DNA of 59,434 nt from a virus. Lineage: Duplodnaviria > Caudoviricetes. Below, piece after piece: positions 37,076 to 44,552 of the stretch. The position numbers and the translations under genes were made by a program. Location of the stretch: positions 1 through 59,434 of IMG/VR virus record IMGVR_UViG_3300017645_000001, one strand, 5' to 3'. Below the pieces are notes generated by a model. It was not told the DNA's origin, made no database searches, and worked only from the letters and a program-made list of their open reading frames with translations. Position 1 is the first letter of the stretch, and each line of letters opens with the position of its first letter.

Positions 37076-38482
37076 TTATGCCTTCTTCAACGCCCGTTTT
37101 GCTTTGCGAACTGCCTTGCCAGCGGCAACGAGCTTTCCGCCGATGGCAATATTCGGTTGATCATCCTCAATGATGTCACACCGAATCCCTGCTTCCTCGG
37201 CCTTGTATCTGAGCATCTGAACCGCGAGGCCCGGTGCTTGGCCGAGAATATGTCTGTTGAGAGATGAAACCGTCTTGACGTTTGCGCCCCAGACCTTCGC
37301 GTCTCCACGGGGCGTAGCTGTAAGCGCCCTTACGTCGCTGGCGATTACCGAGATATCGCAAGCGGAACGCACGATGCTTGTGGACCATGCATGCAGCGCG
37401 TGCTTGCGCCGTCGCGCCTCCATCGCTCGAAGCCGAGCAACACGTCTTTTCTCACGACGCCAACGCCATGAGAACTTGCGGTACCGACGATCCCGTTCTG
37501 ACTGTACTCGATCTGCCAAATCGCCGGTGACGACACCCTGGATCGGAGTGAAAAGGGACCGTGTTTCCCTGTCGTCACCACCCAAATCGCCGGTGACGAC
37601 ACGGGATGTCGTCTTATGTTGTTGAGCTTGGGTGGTAATTTGCTCTTTCGAGCGGGCGAGACATTCGCCCTTCGCGCGCTCAACACGCGCAAACTCGTCA
37701 ATTAGATCAAACTTGATCTCTACTTTATCTGCACCCGCCGTCATGCGGGGCTTCATCTTCACAACGATTGAAACCCACCACGCGCCGTCACGACGCATGA
37801 TGACGCAATTCCGAATTGATTCAGGATCGGCGGGGAACTTGCCACGAGCCTTTATAAAGCCGGGGACGCCTTTGACATACATTCGCCAGATGTTTGACGA
37901 TTTACAATTTGCGGGTGTCTCGACCCGACATCGCCGTCTTCGGACTAAAACTGTTCTTTCATTCACCCCACAATTCGAGGTGGTCTCGGCCTGATCAGAA
38001 GATAACCCCCTCGAATTGCGACGTGATTTGCCGTTACGGCAGGCCGTGAACCGGCCCTTTTCGGATTTCTCCGAAAACTCTGAAGCGGAATACAGACGCC
38101 ATCCTCTTCCATGTTCTGGAAAAGGAATGCTGTTTCCGTCCTTTGTCCTCTTGTATCGCGGATAACCTGACGCCGCGCCCGCGCCAGACTTCGCGCGCTT
38201 GAAGAACGCTTTGAACGCATCGTCCAGTTTGAAGATAACTTGCGCCGGAGTACTTGCATTCAACTCCTGCCACTCCGGGCACTCGCGGCGCAAATGCTTG
38301 ATCTCTTTGCAAAGATCGTACGCGGATAGCGTCTTCCCTTCGCGGCGATAAACGTCCTCACGACGCTGCAAAGCAGCATTATACAACTCGGCGCACATCA
38401 CGGCATGACGATCTAGCGCGCGTTCCTGCTCGCGATTTTGGTAAAGTTTGAACGTGTAGCGCCGAGTCACGGGGTCGGACAT
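37076..38482 (-). CDS. tnpB: Nuclease-dead TnpB/Cas12-like RNA-guided protein with two in-frame insertions
   Basis: RRYTFKLY...LYNAAL..R...LDDAFKAFF.R...GYPRYK, WWVSI, LNR.IL...MLRYKAEEAG. RuvC-I and RuvC-II acidic residues replaced (VEIKFDL, VIASDV); Zn finger and RuvC-III absent. Confidence 0.85.
   Translation of the reverse strand: MSDPVTRRYTFKLYQNREQERALDRHAVMCAELYNAALQRREDVYRREGKTLSAYDLCKEIKHLRRECPEWQELNASTPAQVIFKLDDAFKAFFKRAKSGAGAASGYPRYKRTKDGNSIPFPEHGRGWRLYSASEFSEKSEKGRFTACRNGKSRRNSRGLSSDQAETTSNCGVNERTVLVRRRRCRVETPANCKSSNIWRMYVKGVPGFIKARGKFPADPESIRNCVIMRRDGAWWVSIVVKMKPRMTAGADKVEIKFDLIDEFARVERAKGECLARSKEQITTQAQQHKTTSRVVTGDLGGDDRETRSLFTPIQGVVTGDLADRVQSERDRRYRKFSWRWRREKRRVARLRAMEARRRKHALHAWSTSIVRSACDISVIASDVRALTATPRGDAKVWGANVKTVSSLNRHILGQAPGLAVQMLRYKAEEAGIRCDIIEDDQPNIAIGGKLVAAGKAVRKAKRALKKA
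37516..37602 (-). CRISPR. Intragenic mini-array B: 35-nt repeat, 31-nt spacer, 21-nt partial repeat
   Basis: GTGTCGTCACCGGCGATTTGGGTGGTGACGACAGG (37568-37602, hairpin GTCGTCACC/GGTGACGAC); spacer GAAACACGGTCCCTTTTCACTCCGATCCAGG; exact 21-nt second copy at 37516-37536. Confidence 0.75.
37603..37672 (-). ncRNA. Scaffold/anti-repeat preceding mini-array B
   Basis: Hairpins GGGCGA-ATGTC-TCGCCC and GCTC-GAAA-GAGC; TTACCACCCAA (37628-37638) can pair with repeat TTGGGTGGTGA. Confidence 0.5.
37904..37991 (-). CRISPR. Intragenic mini-array A: 36-nt repeat, 30-nt spacer, degenerate partial repeat
   Basis: GGCCGAGACCACCTCGAATTGTGGGGTGAATGAAAG (37956-37991, ends ATGAAAG); spacer AACAGTTTTAGTCCGAAGACGGCGATGTCG; second copy GGTCGAGACACCCGCAAATTGT, 17/22 identical. 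Confidence 0.6.
37992..38080 (-). ncRNA. Scaffold/anti-repeat preceding mini-array A
   Basis: GCAATTCGAGGGGGTT (38004-38019) pairs 15/16 (with G-U) with repeat GACCACCTCGAATTGT; hairpins at about 38029-38041 and 38058-38077. Confidence 0.5.
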
Positions 38483-38485
38483 TGG

Positions 38486-39016
38486 TCAGTCCTCGTCGCC
38501 TTCTTCATCGTCTGCGTCGAGTTCGTCCGCCGCCATCGAGAGAATGATGTCCCTCTCGGCGCGGCCCTGCCGGAATGCGTTCAGCCATGCCTGCCCGGCC
38601 TTGGTATTCAGATCGTGCGGGTTTGATGCCTCCGTCACGAGGTCATCGACGTCGAGACCTGCCGCGCGACCGTCGAGTTCAGCCTTTTCGTCCAGCGGCT
38701 CCAACGTCGTGCCAAAATCCAGGTTGAGTTGGTTCGACGTGATGCCGTGCCGCATGATCCGCAGATAGCGCGTGACCTCCTGCGTTTCTTCCAGCCATGC
38801 CTCGGGATCGCCGTTCTTGACGATGGACAGCGCCCGCTTCGCAGCCTTGAGATGGACGCCTTTTCCCTCGGCGTGCTTGAGAACAGACCGCAGCGTGCCG
38901 TGATGACTCGCCGCTTCGTCCTGCGCTTTCCTGATCTTGCTCAGATTGACCGCGATGACCGATTCATCGCTCGGCATGTTCTGAGTTACTCGTTCCTGTA
39001 CTGCTGCTTCTGCCAT
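38486..39016 (-). CDS. Hypothetical protein with GapR/DUF2312-like helical N-terminus
   Basis: RSVLKHAEGKGVHLKAAKRAL; C-terminal GRAAGL...NPH...AW...F..G. Confidence 0.55.
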   Translation of the reverse strand: MAEAAVQERVTQNMPSDESVIAVNLSKIRKAQDEAASHHGTLRSVLKHAEGKGVHLKAAKRALSIVKNGDPEAWLEETQEVTRYLRIMRHGITSNQLNLDFGTTLEPLDEKAELDGRAAGLDVDDLVTEASNPHDLNTKAGQAWLNAFRQGRAERDIILSMAADELDADDEEGDED

Positions 39017-39025
39017 AATTGGCTC

Positions 39026-39625
39026 CTATGCCTGCTTCACCTTGTCTCGATGCAACCAACGGACTTCCGCTCTGCCGTCGTATCCTTTGAGAAATACGAG
39101 CCAGCAGAAGTCCTGCTTCCCGCCTGACGGCTCTTTACCTTTGGCCTCGTATTCCAAGACCAGCGGTCCCGGCGGCATTGAGGGCCGTGGCGTCAAATAC
39201 CAAAGCCGGTAGAGCGGAAGGTCTTTGATCCAAGCGCCGGCCGCGTTAAGACGACGGGTCGGCATAATCATCGCCACTTTGCGCGAGGCACGACGATGCG
39301 CTTGCCGCGCGAACTCTTCGCTCAGATCAAATGGCTGATTCATGACGATGTTGTCGGCTTCGATGCCGGACGTCAGAAAATCGCAGATTGCGTAGTAATC
39401 ACAGCCGCGATCAACGATGTCGCAGCCGCGCGCCACGTAGCCCGCCTCGCGAGCAGCTTCGACAATTCGACCAGACCCGCAGCATGGATCGAGAATATCG
39501 CCATCAAACGGCTCTTCCTCGAACAACCGACGTGAACACCAGCGGTTTTCGACGTACCATTCGCGCTCTTCCCTAGCCCAGGAATGAGCGGCAACAGCTT
39601 TCGCTACGGTGGCAGTCTCGATCAC
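39026..39625 (-). CDS. DNA methyltransferase-like protein
   Basis: ILDPCCGSG SAM motif; motif IV reads NQPF. Confidence 0.75.
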   Translation of the reverse strand: MIETATVAKAVAAHSWAREEREWYVENRWCSRRLFEEEPFDGDILDPCCGSGRIVEAAREAGYVARGCDIVDRGCDYYAICDFLTSGIEADNIVMNQPFDLSEEFARQAHRRASRKVAMIMPTRRLNAAGAWIKDLPLYRLWYLTPRPSMPPGPLVLEYEAKGKEPSGGKQDFCWLVFLKGYDGRAEVRWLHRDKVKQA

Positions 39626-39785
39626 GCCGCAACCTCACGGCGTTCGGCGCGGACAATCTCGCTGCAAACCTCGCAAAGAACCTCTCGCGCAATGATTTCT
39701 GGCGATGTGTGCTCACGCTTCGCTGCGTGCTGGTACGCGGCCCAGACATCGGCGGGAAGGCTGATGGCGATAGGAACGAGCCGCG

Positions 39786-40304
39786 TCACGCCACCCTCCG
39801 CGCGGTCCGGGCCGCGTCTCGAAGCGCTCGGCGCTCAGACTTGGTACCGACGCCGATGCTCAATTGGGTGTGCGCGGGGCAATAGCTTGAGCCGGGGCGC
39901 TTGATATGGCCGCAGAACGTGTGCTGCCCGGTTTTGACGTCCCGCTCATCATCGGGCCAACGGCAATGAAAGGGGTTCAATTCGATAAGCGGAATCCGCT
40001 GAGAAACGACGTCAGCGGCGCGTGGCGTGAACGGGGCAGCCCCGATCTTCGGCACAATCACAACCTTTGGGCCGATTGGTGCTTTGACCGAAGTTGTGGG
40101 CTTTGGTGGTGGGGGCTTCCGCTCGATCGGCTTGCCGGTCTTGGTGTATCGCAGTTTCCGATCGTTCAGCGCGATCCCCCGCCGATGGCAGAGGCCGATA
40201 ATCGCGTTGCGCGTGACGCCGAGACGCCTGCCCATCTCAGCAGCACTCAAATGCTCAGCCGCGAGACTGCGCACCAACTCCACTTGGTCGGGGTGCCACG
40301 CCAT
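39786..40304 (-). CDS. gcrA: GcrA family cell-cycle regulator (phage copy)
   Basis: W...VE.....S...G.RLGVTRNAIIGL.HR; CRWP...FCG.....SSYCPAH. Confidence 0.9.
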   Translation of the reverse strand: MAWHPDQVELVRSLAAEHLSAAEMGRRLGVTRNAIIGLCHRRGIALNDRKLRYTKTGKPIERKPPPPKPTTSVKAPIGPKVVIVPKIGAAPFTPRAADVVSQRIPLIELNPFHCRWPDDERDVKTGQHTFCGHIKRPGSSYCPAHTQLSIGVGTKSERRALRDAARTARRVA

Positions 40305-40317
40305 CTATGCCACCCTC

Positions 40318-40713
40318 TCAATCGAGCGCCATTTCAAGCTGCGCGATGCGGCGTTGCTGGTCGGCAAGCTGCCGGCGCATGTCGCCAAGCCCCCTCGCCT
40401 TGCGCACCGCCTTCCACCACTTGGGCGAGACGTCGCCCATCGCATATTCGAGAAAGTCAAAGCCGTGCTCGCTGCGCAGAACGGCAACGACGTCGGTGTA
40501 AGACGGGTGCGTGCGGCCAGCGATTTGGTACTTTGCGGCGCGCTCGGATTTGCCCGTAAGTCGCATGTAGTTCTTGGTTTGGTCCGATGGCCAAACAGCC
40601 CGTAAAAACAGCTCAAATGGAAGAATTTGGTGCAACTTGTTGCACTTTGAGGTGCAACTTCTTGCACCCCCGGTTTTTGCCTTTTCGACCCGGACAGCCG
40701 ACACTCTACGCAT
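40318..40713 (-). CDS. Putative CII-position regulator
   Basis: HTH-like GKSERAAKYQ; HGFDFL...M...P.WW; downstream of cro. Confidence 0.55.
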   Translation of the reverse strand: MRRVSAVRVEKAKTGGARSCTSKCNKLHQILPFELFLRAVWPSDQTKNYMRLTGKSERAAKYQIAGRTHPSYTDVVAVLRSEHGFDFLEYAMGDVSPKWWKAVRKARGLGDMRRQLADQQRRIAQLEMALD

Positions 40714-40791
40714 GACAACGCAACTCCTGACGCTACGCGAACAAAACCGCCCCGAGACGACGGGACGGGCAATGACTGGAAGGAAGCAGAG

Positions 40792-41070
40792 ATGAGCAAT
40801 GGCGATGCCCTCGAACTAGCCGCCGTTCTGGCGGCCGCAATTAACGCGATGCACGTCGAGACGATTTCCGGCCTTATTGAGGTCGAAGCGATCTCCGCCG
40901 ACGATGGCGCTGCGATAACGACACGCATCACAAGGACCCTCGCAAACGTGGCGTCCCAGTCCTCGCTGAGCGAGGCTCAACGACTTCATCTGGAAAGCAT
41001 TGCGGAGCCGCTACGCGCATTCGCTGCCGCTCTAAAGGAACAGTCACACCGAGCCGAGCGATATCCCTGA
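40792..41070 (+). CDS. Small hypothetical protein, antisense to early operon
   Basis: GGAAG RBS-like element; helical 92 aa. Confidence 0.45.
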   Translation: MSNGDALELAAVLAAAINAMHVETISGLIEVEAISADDGAAITTRITRTLANVASQSSLSEAQRLHLESIAEPLRAFAAALKEQSHRAERYP

Positions 41071-41166
41071 ACCTACGGTTCGCGTCGGGCTGCGCGGCCG
41101 GCGCAGCGGCCGACGTCAGCGTCGTGACCGGAGCCGCCGCAACCAGCGAGAGGAAAGCGCGCCGGT

Positions 41167-41391
41167 TCATGCCGCGCTCCGAGATATGCAGATATCCACG
41201 AAGCGGCTTGCTGAGACCCGGCCACGCGTCACCCGCTCAATGTCGCGCGCCAGCGCTACGGACGGGTTTCTCTCCCCATTCAGCACTCGCGTCAGAGTGC
41301 TCGGAGCCCTGCCCATCCGAGCAGCCAGCGACGACAGGCTTTCGCCTGTTTCGCGGAGGTAGATCGTGAGTTCATTGTCCAAATCAGCCAT
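41167..41391 (-). CDS. Cro-like HTH repressor
   Basis: SLSSLAARMGRAPSTLTRVLNGERNPS; divergent from cI. Confidence 0.88.
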   Translation of the reverse strand: MADLDNELTIYLRETGESLSSLAARMGRAPSTLTRVLNGERNPSVALARDIERVTRGRVSASRFVDICISRSAA

Positions 41392-41402
41392 AAGACGAGA
41401 TT

Positions 41403-41476
41403 TTGCCTATTTGGCAAGATTTAGCAAGGACAATTTTTGCCTATTTGGCGGTGGAGCAAATTTGCCAAACAGGCAA
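41403..41476. promoter_or_regulatory. OR-like operator triplet (TTGCC-N5-GGCAA)
   Basis: TTGCCTATTTGGCAA 41403-17, TTGCCTATTTGGCGG 41437-51, TTGCCAAACAGGCAA 41462-76, between cro and cI. Confidence 0.85.
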
Positions 41477-41485
41477 TCTGCCAAG

Positions 41486-42157
41486 ATGGCCGGAAACCGT
41501 ATAGAAGAACTGCGAAAAGCCCAGGGAATGACGCTAGAGGAACTCGCGGACGCCGTTGGCCTCTCGGTTCCCTACGTTCAGCGGCTCGAAAAGGGGCAGC
41601 GGAACCTATCAATCAAGCATTTGGACAGTTTCGCGGCGGCCCTAAAGGTCAGAGCCCGTGAGATCGTGACCGATGAGAATGATGGCCATATCGATTCAAT
41701 TCAGGTCGCGGCTGACCTCGGCAGCCCCCATATGCGGTCAGAAGATGTCGCAGCATCAATAGATGCCGGACCGAAGAAAACGGTCCGTGTAAAGGGCTAC
41801 GTCGGGGCCGGCGGAGAAGCACATTTCTATAGGCTATCCGACGAAGCGTTCGAGGAAGTCCTTGCCCCCGAAGGCTCGACCGATTGCACGGTCGCTGTGG
41901 AAATTCGCGGCACAAGCTGGGGTCCGCAAATGAACTCCTGGCTCGTCTTCTACGACGACGTGCGTTCACCAATCACAGAGGACCTATTGGGGAAGCCTTG
42001 TGTCGTCGGCCTAGCCGATGACCGTATTCTGATCAAAGTAATCCAACGCGATCGCAATGGCGATTATCGCCTCGTGTCGAACAACCCATCAGAACCAGAT
42101 ATCGAAGATGCGCAGATTGAGTGGGCAGCGAAGGTCACATCGATGAAGCCACGCTAG
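41486..42157 (+). CDS. CI-like repressor (XRE HTH plus S24 peptidase domain)
   Basis: IEELRKAQGMTLEELADAVGLS...LEKGQR; VGAG cleavage motif; GTS...LIK. Confidence 0.92.
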   Translation: MAGNRIEELRKAQGMTLEELADAVGLSVPYVQRLEKGQRNLSIKHLDSFAAALKVRAREIVTDENDGHIDSIQVAADLGSPHMRSEDVAASIDAGPKKTVRVKGYVGAGGEAHFYRLSDEAFEEVLAPEGSTDCTVAVEIRGTSWGPQMNSWLVFYDDVRSPITEDLLGKPCVVGLADDRILIKVIQRDRNGDYRLVSNNPSEPDIEDAQIEWAAKVTSMKPR

Positions 42158-42166
42158 GAGTCTACT

Positions 42167-42643
42167 ATGGCTGCGAAAGCACCTTTAGCGTATCGCTCGT
42201 TCATACTTGGCGTTTTAGCCACAGTGTTCTTCTCAACGCCATCACCAAGCTTTGCGCAGTCAGAGGAATGTCTAGCAACCGCAAAGCGCATAGAAAAGCT
42301 CGGATTTAGGATTTCGTCTGCCGACAGCGTCAAAATTGAGTTTACTCATCCAAGGCTCGCATCCTCGCCTCGGCCAACTGAACTATCTCTTGGTTGCGAT
42401 AGAATGGTTTTGTTTGGTGGCTGGCCCGCGCGTCGCGCGCCAAAATATTTTCTAGAGATATTCTCCAAAGCTGCGTCTGCAATACTGAGCGAAAAAAACA
42501 TGCTCGGACCGATCGAGAGATGCCACAACAGCGCCGCCATCGACTGGGATCGCGAGACAGACAACTCGTCCGGAACAACCTATCTTATGTGCCAGTCCGG
42601 CCGCGTGTTTACTATCGCAGTTAGGGAATTGCGCAAGCCTTAG
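42167..42643 (+). CDS. Secreted hypothetical protein downstream of cI
   Basis: Signal-peptide-like leader; four Cys. Confidence 0.55.
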   Translation: MAAKAPLAYRSFILGVLATVFFSTPSPSFAQSEECLATAKRIEKLGFRISSADSVKIEFTHPRLASSPRPTELSLGCDRMVLFGGWPARRAPKYFLEIFSKAASAILSEKNMLGPIERCHNSAAIDWDRETDNSSGTTYLMCQSGRVFTIAVRELRKP

Positions 42644-42654
42644 GCCGCGCGCCG

Positions 42655-43449
42655 ATGGAAACTACCGCAATGCTCAAGACGCTCGCATCTGCACTTGTTC
42701 TATTTTCCTTTTCTGCTGCTGTCGCTGCCCCGACGATCATTGAAGGCCGCGCCCAGGTCATCGACGGTGACACAATAGCCATAGACGGCGCTCCTACCCG
42801 CATCAGGCTTGATTCCATCGACGCGCCGGAGAGCACACAGCCTTGCTATGACGCAGCGGGAAAGCGCTATCTGTGCGGATCACGCGCGGCGGATGCCCTG
42901 GCTGAAATCATCGGCCGAAACGGACGGGTGCGTTGCGTTGAGCGGGATCGGGACAGGTACAAAAGGATCGTGGCTCAGTGCTTTGTCGGAAAAATAGATA
43001 TCGGCCGCGAGTTGGTGCTGCGCGGCTGGGCGATCGAATACAAACGATATTCTGACGGCCGCTACGCTGACGTCGAGGCTGAGGCGAAGAAAGCGAAACG
43101 CGGAATGTGGGCTGGACACTTTGAGGAACCATCCGTCTGGCGTCACCGCGGCAGCGCCAGCAAGGTCCAGTCATTTGCACCGGTAATGCTGGCGGCCAGC
43201 GCCGCAGCCACGTCGAAGACCGGGGGCGAGGACAAAAGCTTTTACGATGATGAAGCCGACGCAAAGGCGCTCCCGGTAACGTCAGCAAGAAGCTGCAAGT
43301 CTGCCCGCACATGCCGCGATGCAGTGATCCTCTGGTGCGGCGGATATAGCCGAGCCGATAACGATGACGACGGCATTCCCTGCGAGAACGTCTGCCGAAC
43401 ACTCAAGCAAGTCGAAGCGATAAAGAAGCAGATTGGCTGCGAGAAATGA
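42655..43449 (+). CDS. Secreted thermonuclease (SNase) with C-terminal excalibur-like Ca-binding domain
   Basis: VIDGDT, IRL..IDAPE, DRYKR, G.W; DNDDDGIPCE. Confidence 0.9.
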   Translation: METTAMLKTLASALVLFSFSAAVAAPTIIEGRAQVIDGDTIAIDGAPTRIRLDSIDAPESTQPCYDAAGKRYLCGSRAADALAEIIGRNGRVRCVERDRDRYKRIVAQCFVGKIDIGRELVLRGWAIEYKRYSDGRYADVEAEAKKAKRGMWAGHFEEPSVWRHRGSASKVQSFAPVMLAASAAATSKTGGEDKSFYDDEADAKALPVTSARSCKSARTCRDAVILWCGGYSRADNDDDGIPCENVCRTLKQVEAIKKQIGCEK

Positions 43450-43468
43450 TCAGGGAGTGGAAACTCCA

Positions 43469-43708
43469 ATGCCCGACGACCTTACCCCTCTCGAATCCGT
43501 TGCCGCGTCTGGACTTGTGTCAGCATCGCTGATTGCTTCGCTTATTCCGACGCTGGTTGATCGTGGCGTGCTGTCCGCACAAGATGCTCGCGAGGTGTAC
43601 GAGCAAGCCCTACTACTACTTGAGACACAGCGCAGCAGCGAGCCCGCGATGCAGCGAATTTATGAGGCGGCGCGCGAGATGATCGAGGCGCATTTGAGGG
43701 CGAGATAA
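43469..43708 (+). CDS. Small hypothetical protein
   Basis: GGAG RBS; LVDRGVLS. Confidence 0.55.
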   Translation: MPDDLTPLESVAASGLVSASLIASLIPTLVDRGVLSAQDAREVYEQALLLLETQRSSEPAMQRIYEAAREMIEAHLRAR

Positions 43709-43727
43709 GTGTTATCAGGGGGCGGCA

Positions 43728-44552
43728 ATGGGGGATTTGATCGACGGCGACGATGGCTTACCTGTGGAAATCGTCGGGATATGGGCTAAGGAGAAGCAAG
43801 ATTATCTTTGCCGATATGTTCAAATCTCATCTGCCGCACGCAAGAAATACCTAGGGCCCTCCAAAGGAGGTGCAGCCTATATCGATCTCTTTTGTGGCCC
43901 TGGGCGCTCATTCATCCGCGAAACAAACGAGTTCATCGATGGGAGCTCAGTCGCAGCTTGGAAACAAAGCGTTGTAGCAAAATCTCCATTTTCAAAAATC
44001 ATCGTTGGTGACGCCGATCCGGTAAGACTCAGCGCCACCATTCAGCGCTTGACAGTGCTGGGAGCGCCGGTAGTAAGCATCGATGGCCCGGCTAGCGACA
44101 CAGCGTTCACCGCAATTCAAAAATCTGCGGGTGGCGGCTTAAATTTTGCGTTCCTTGATCCCTACAGCCTCGGCGCGTTGAACTTCGAGATTATTCAAAC
44201 CCTTTCAAGACTCAGGCGCATCGACATTTTGGTGCATGTGAGTGCAATGGATCTTCAGCGGAATCTTGGTGCAAACTTAGCGAACGAACAATCGGCATTC
44301 GACGTATTCGCTCCAGGCTGGAGCGAGAATATTAACATCGCTCAGTCGCAGAAAAGAATTCGACAGGACGTATTCACATATTGGCAAACGCTGGTCGCAG
44401 GACTCGGCGTCTGGACATCGTCTGAAATTAAGCTAATTACGGGGTCTAATAATCAACCTCTGTATTGGCTTCTCCTCGCGGCGCGCCACGCGCTAGCTCA
44501 CAAATTCTGGGCAACTGCGTCAAACCGCGATGGTCAAGCAAGTTTGTTTTAG
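43728..44552 (+). CDS. tcmP: Three-Cys-motif partner protein (methyltransferase-like fold)
   Basis: W..EK...L..Y, YIDLFCGPG, GS, FAFLDPY; adjacent to DUF5131. Confidence 0.88.
   Translation: MGDLIDGDDGLPVEIVGIWAKEKQDYLCRYVQISSAARKKYLGPSKGGAAYIDLFCGPGRSFIRETNEFIDGSSVAAWKQSVVAKSPFSKIIVGDADPVRLSATIQRLTVLGAPVVSIDGPASDTAFTAIQKSAGGGLNFAFLDPYSLGALNFEIIQTLSRLRRIDILVHVSAMDLQRNLGANLANEQSAFDVFAPGWSENINIAQSQKRIRQDVFTYWQTLVAGLGVWTSSEIKLITGSNNQPLYWLLLAARHALAHKFWATASNRDGQASLF

Noticed and set aside
37895-38090. Group I intron, IStron or intein explanation for the insertions
   Set aside because: Short, no recognisable P7 core or intein terminal motifs by eye; the repeat-spacer-repeat layout fits better. 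Not excluded without a covariance search.
37076-38482. Active IS200/IS605 or IS607 element, or active Cas12 nuclease
   Set aside because: No tnpA or recognisable IS ends, catalytic residues missing, and the gene is tightly embedded in a phage operon.
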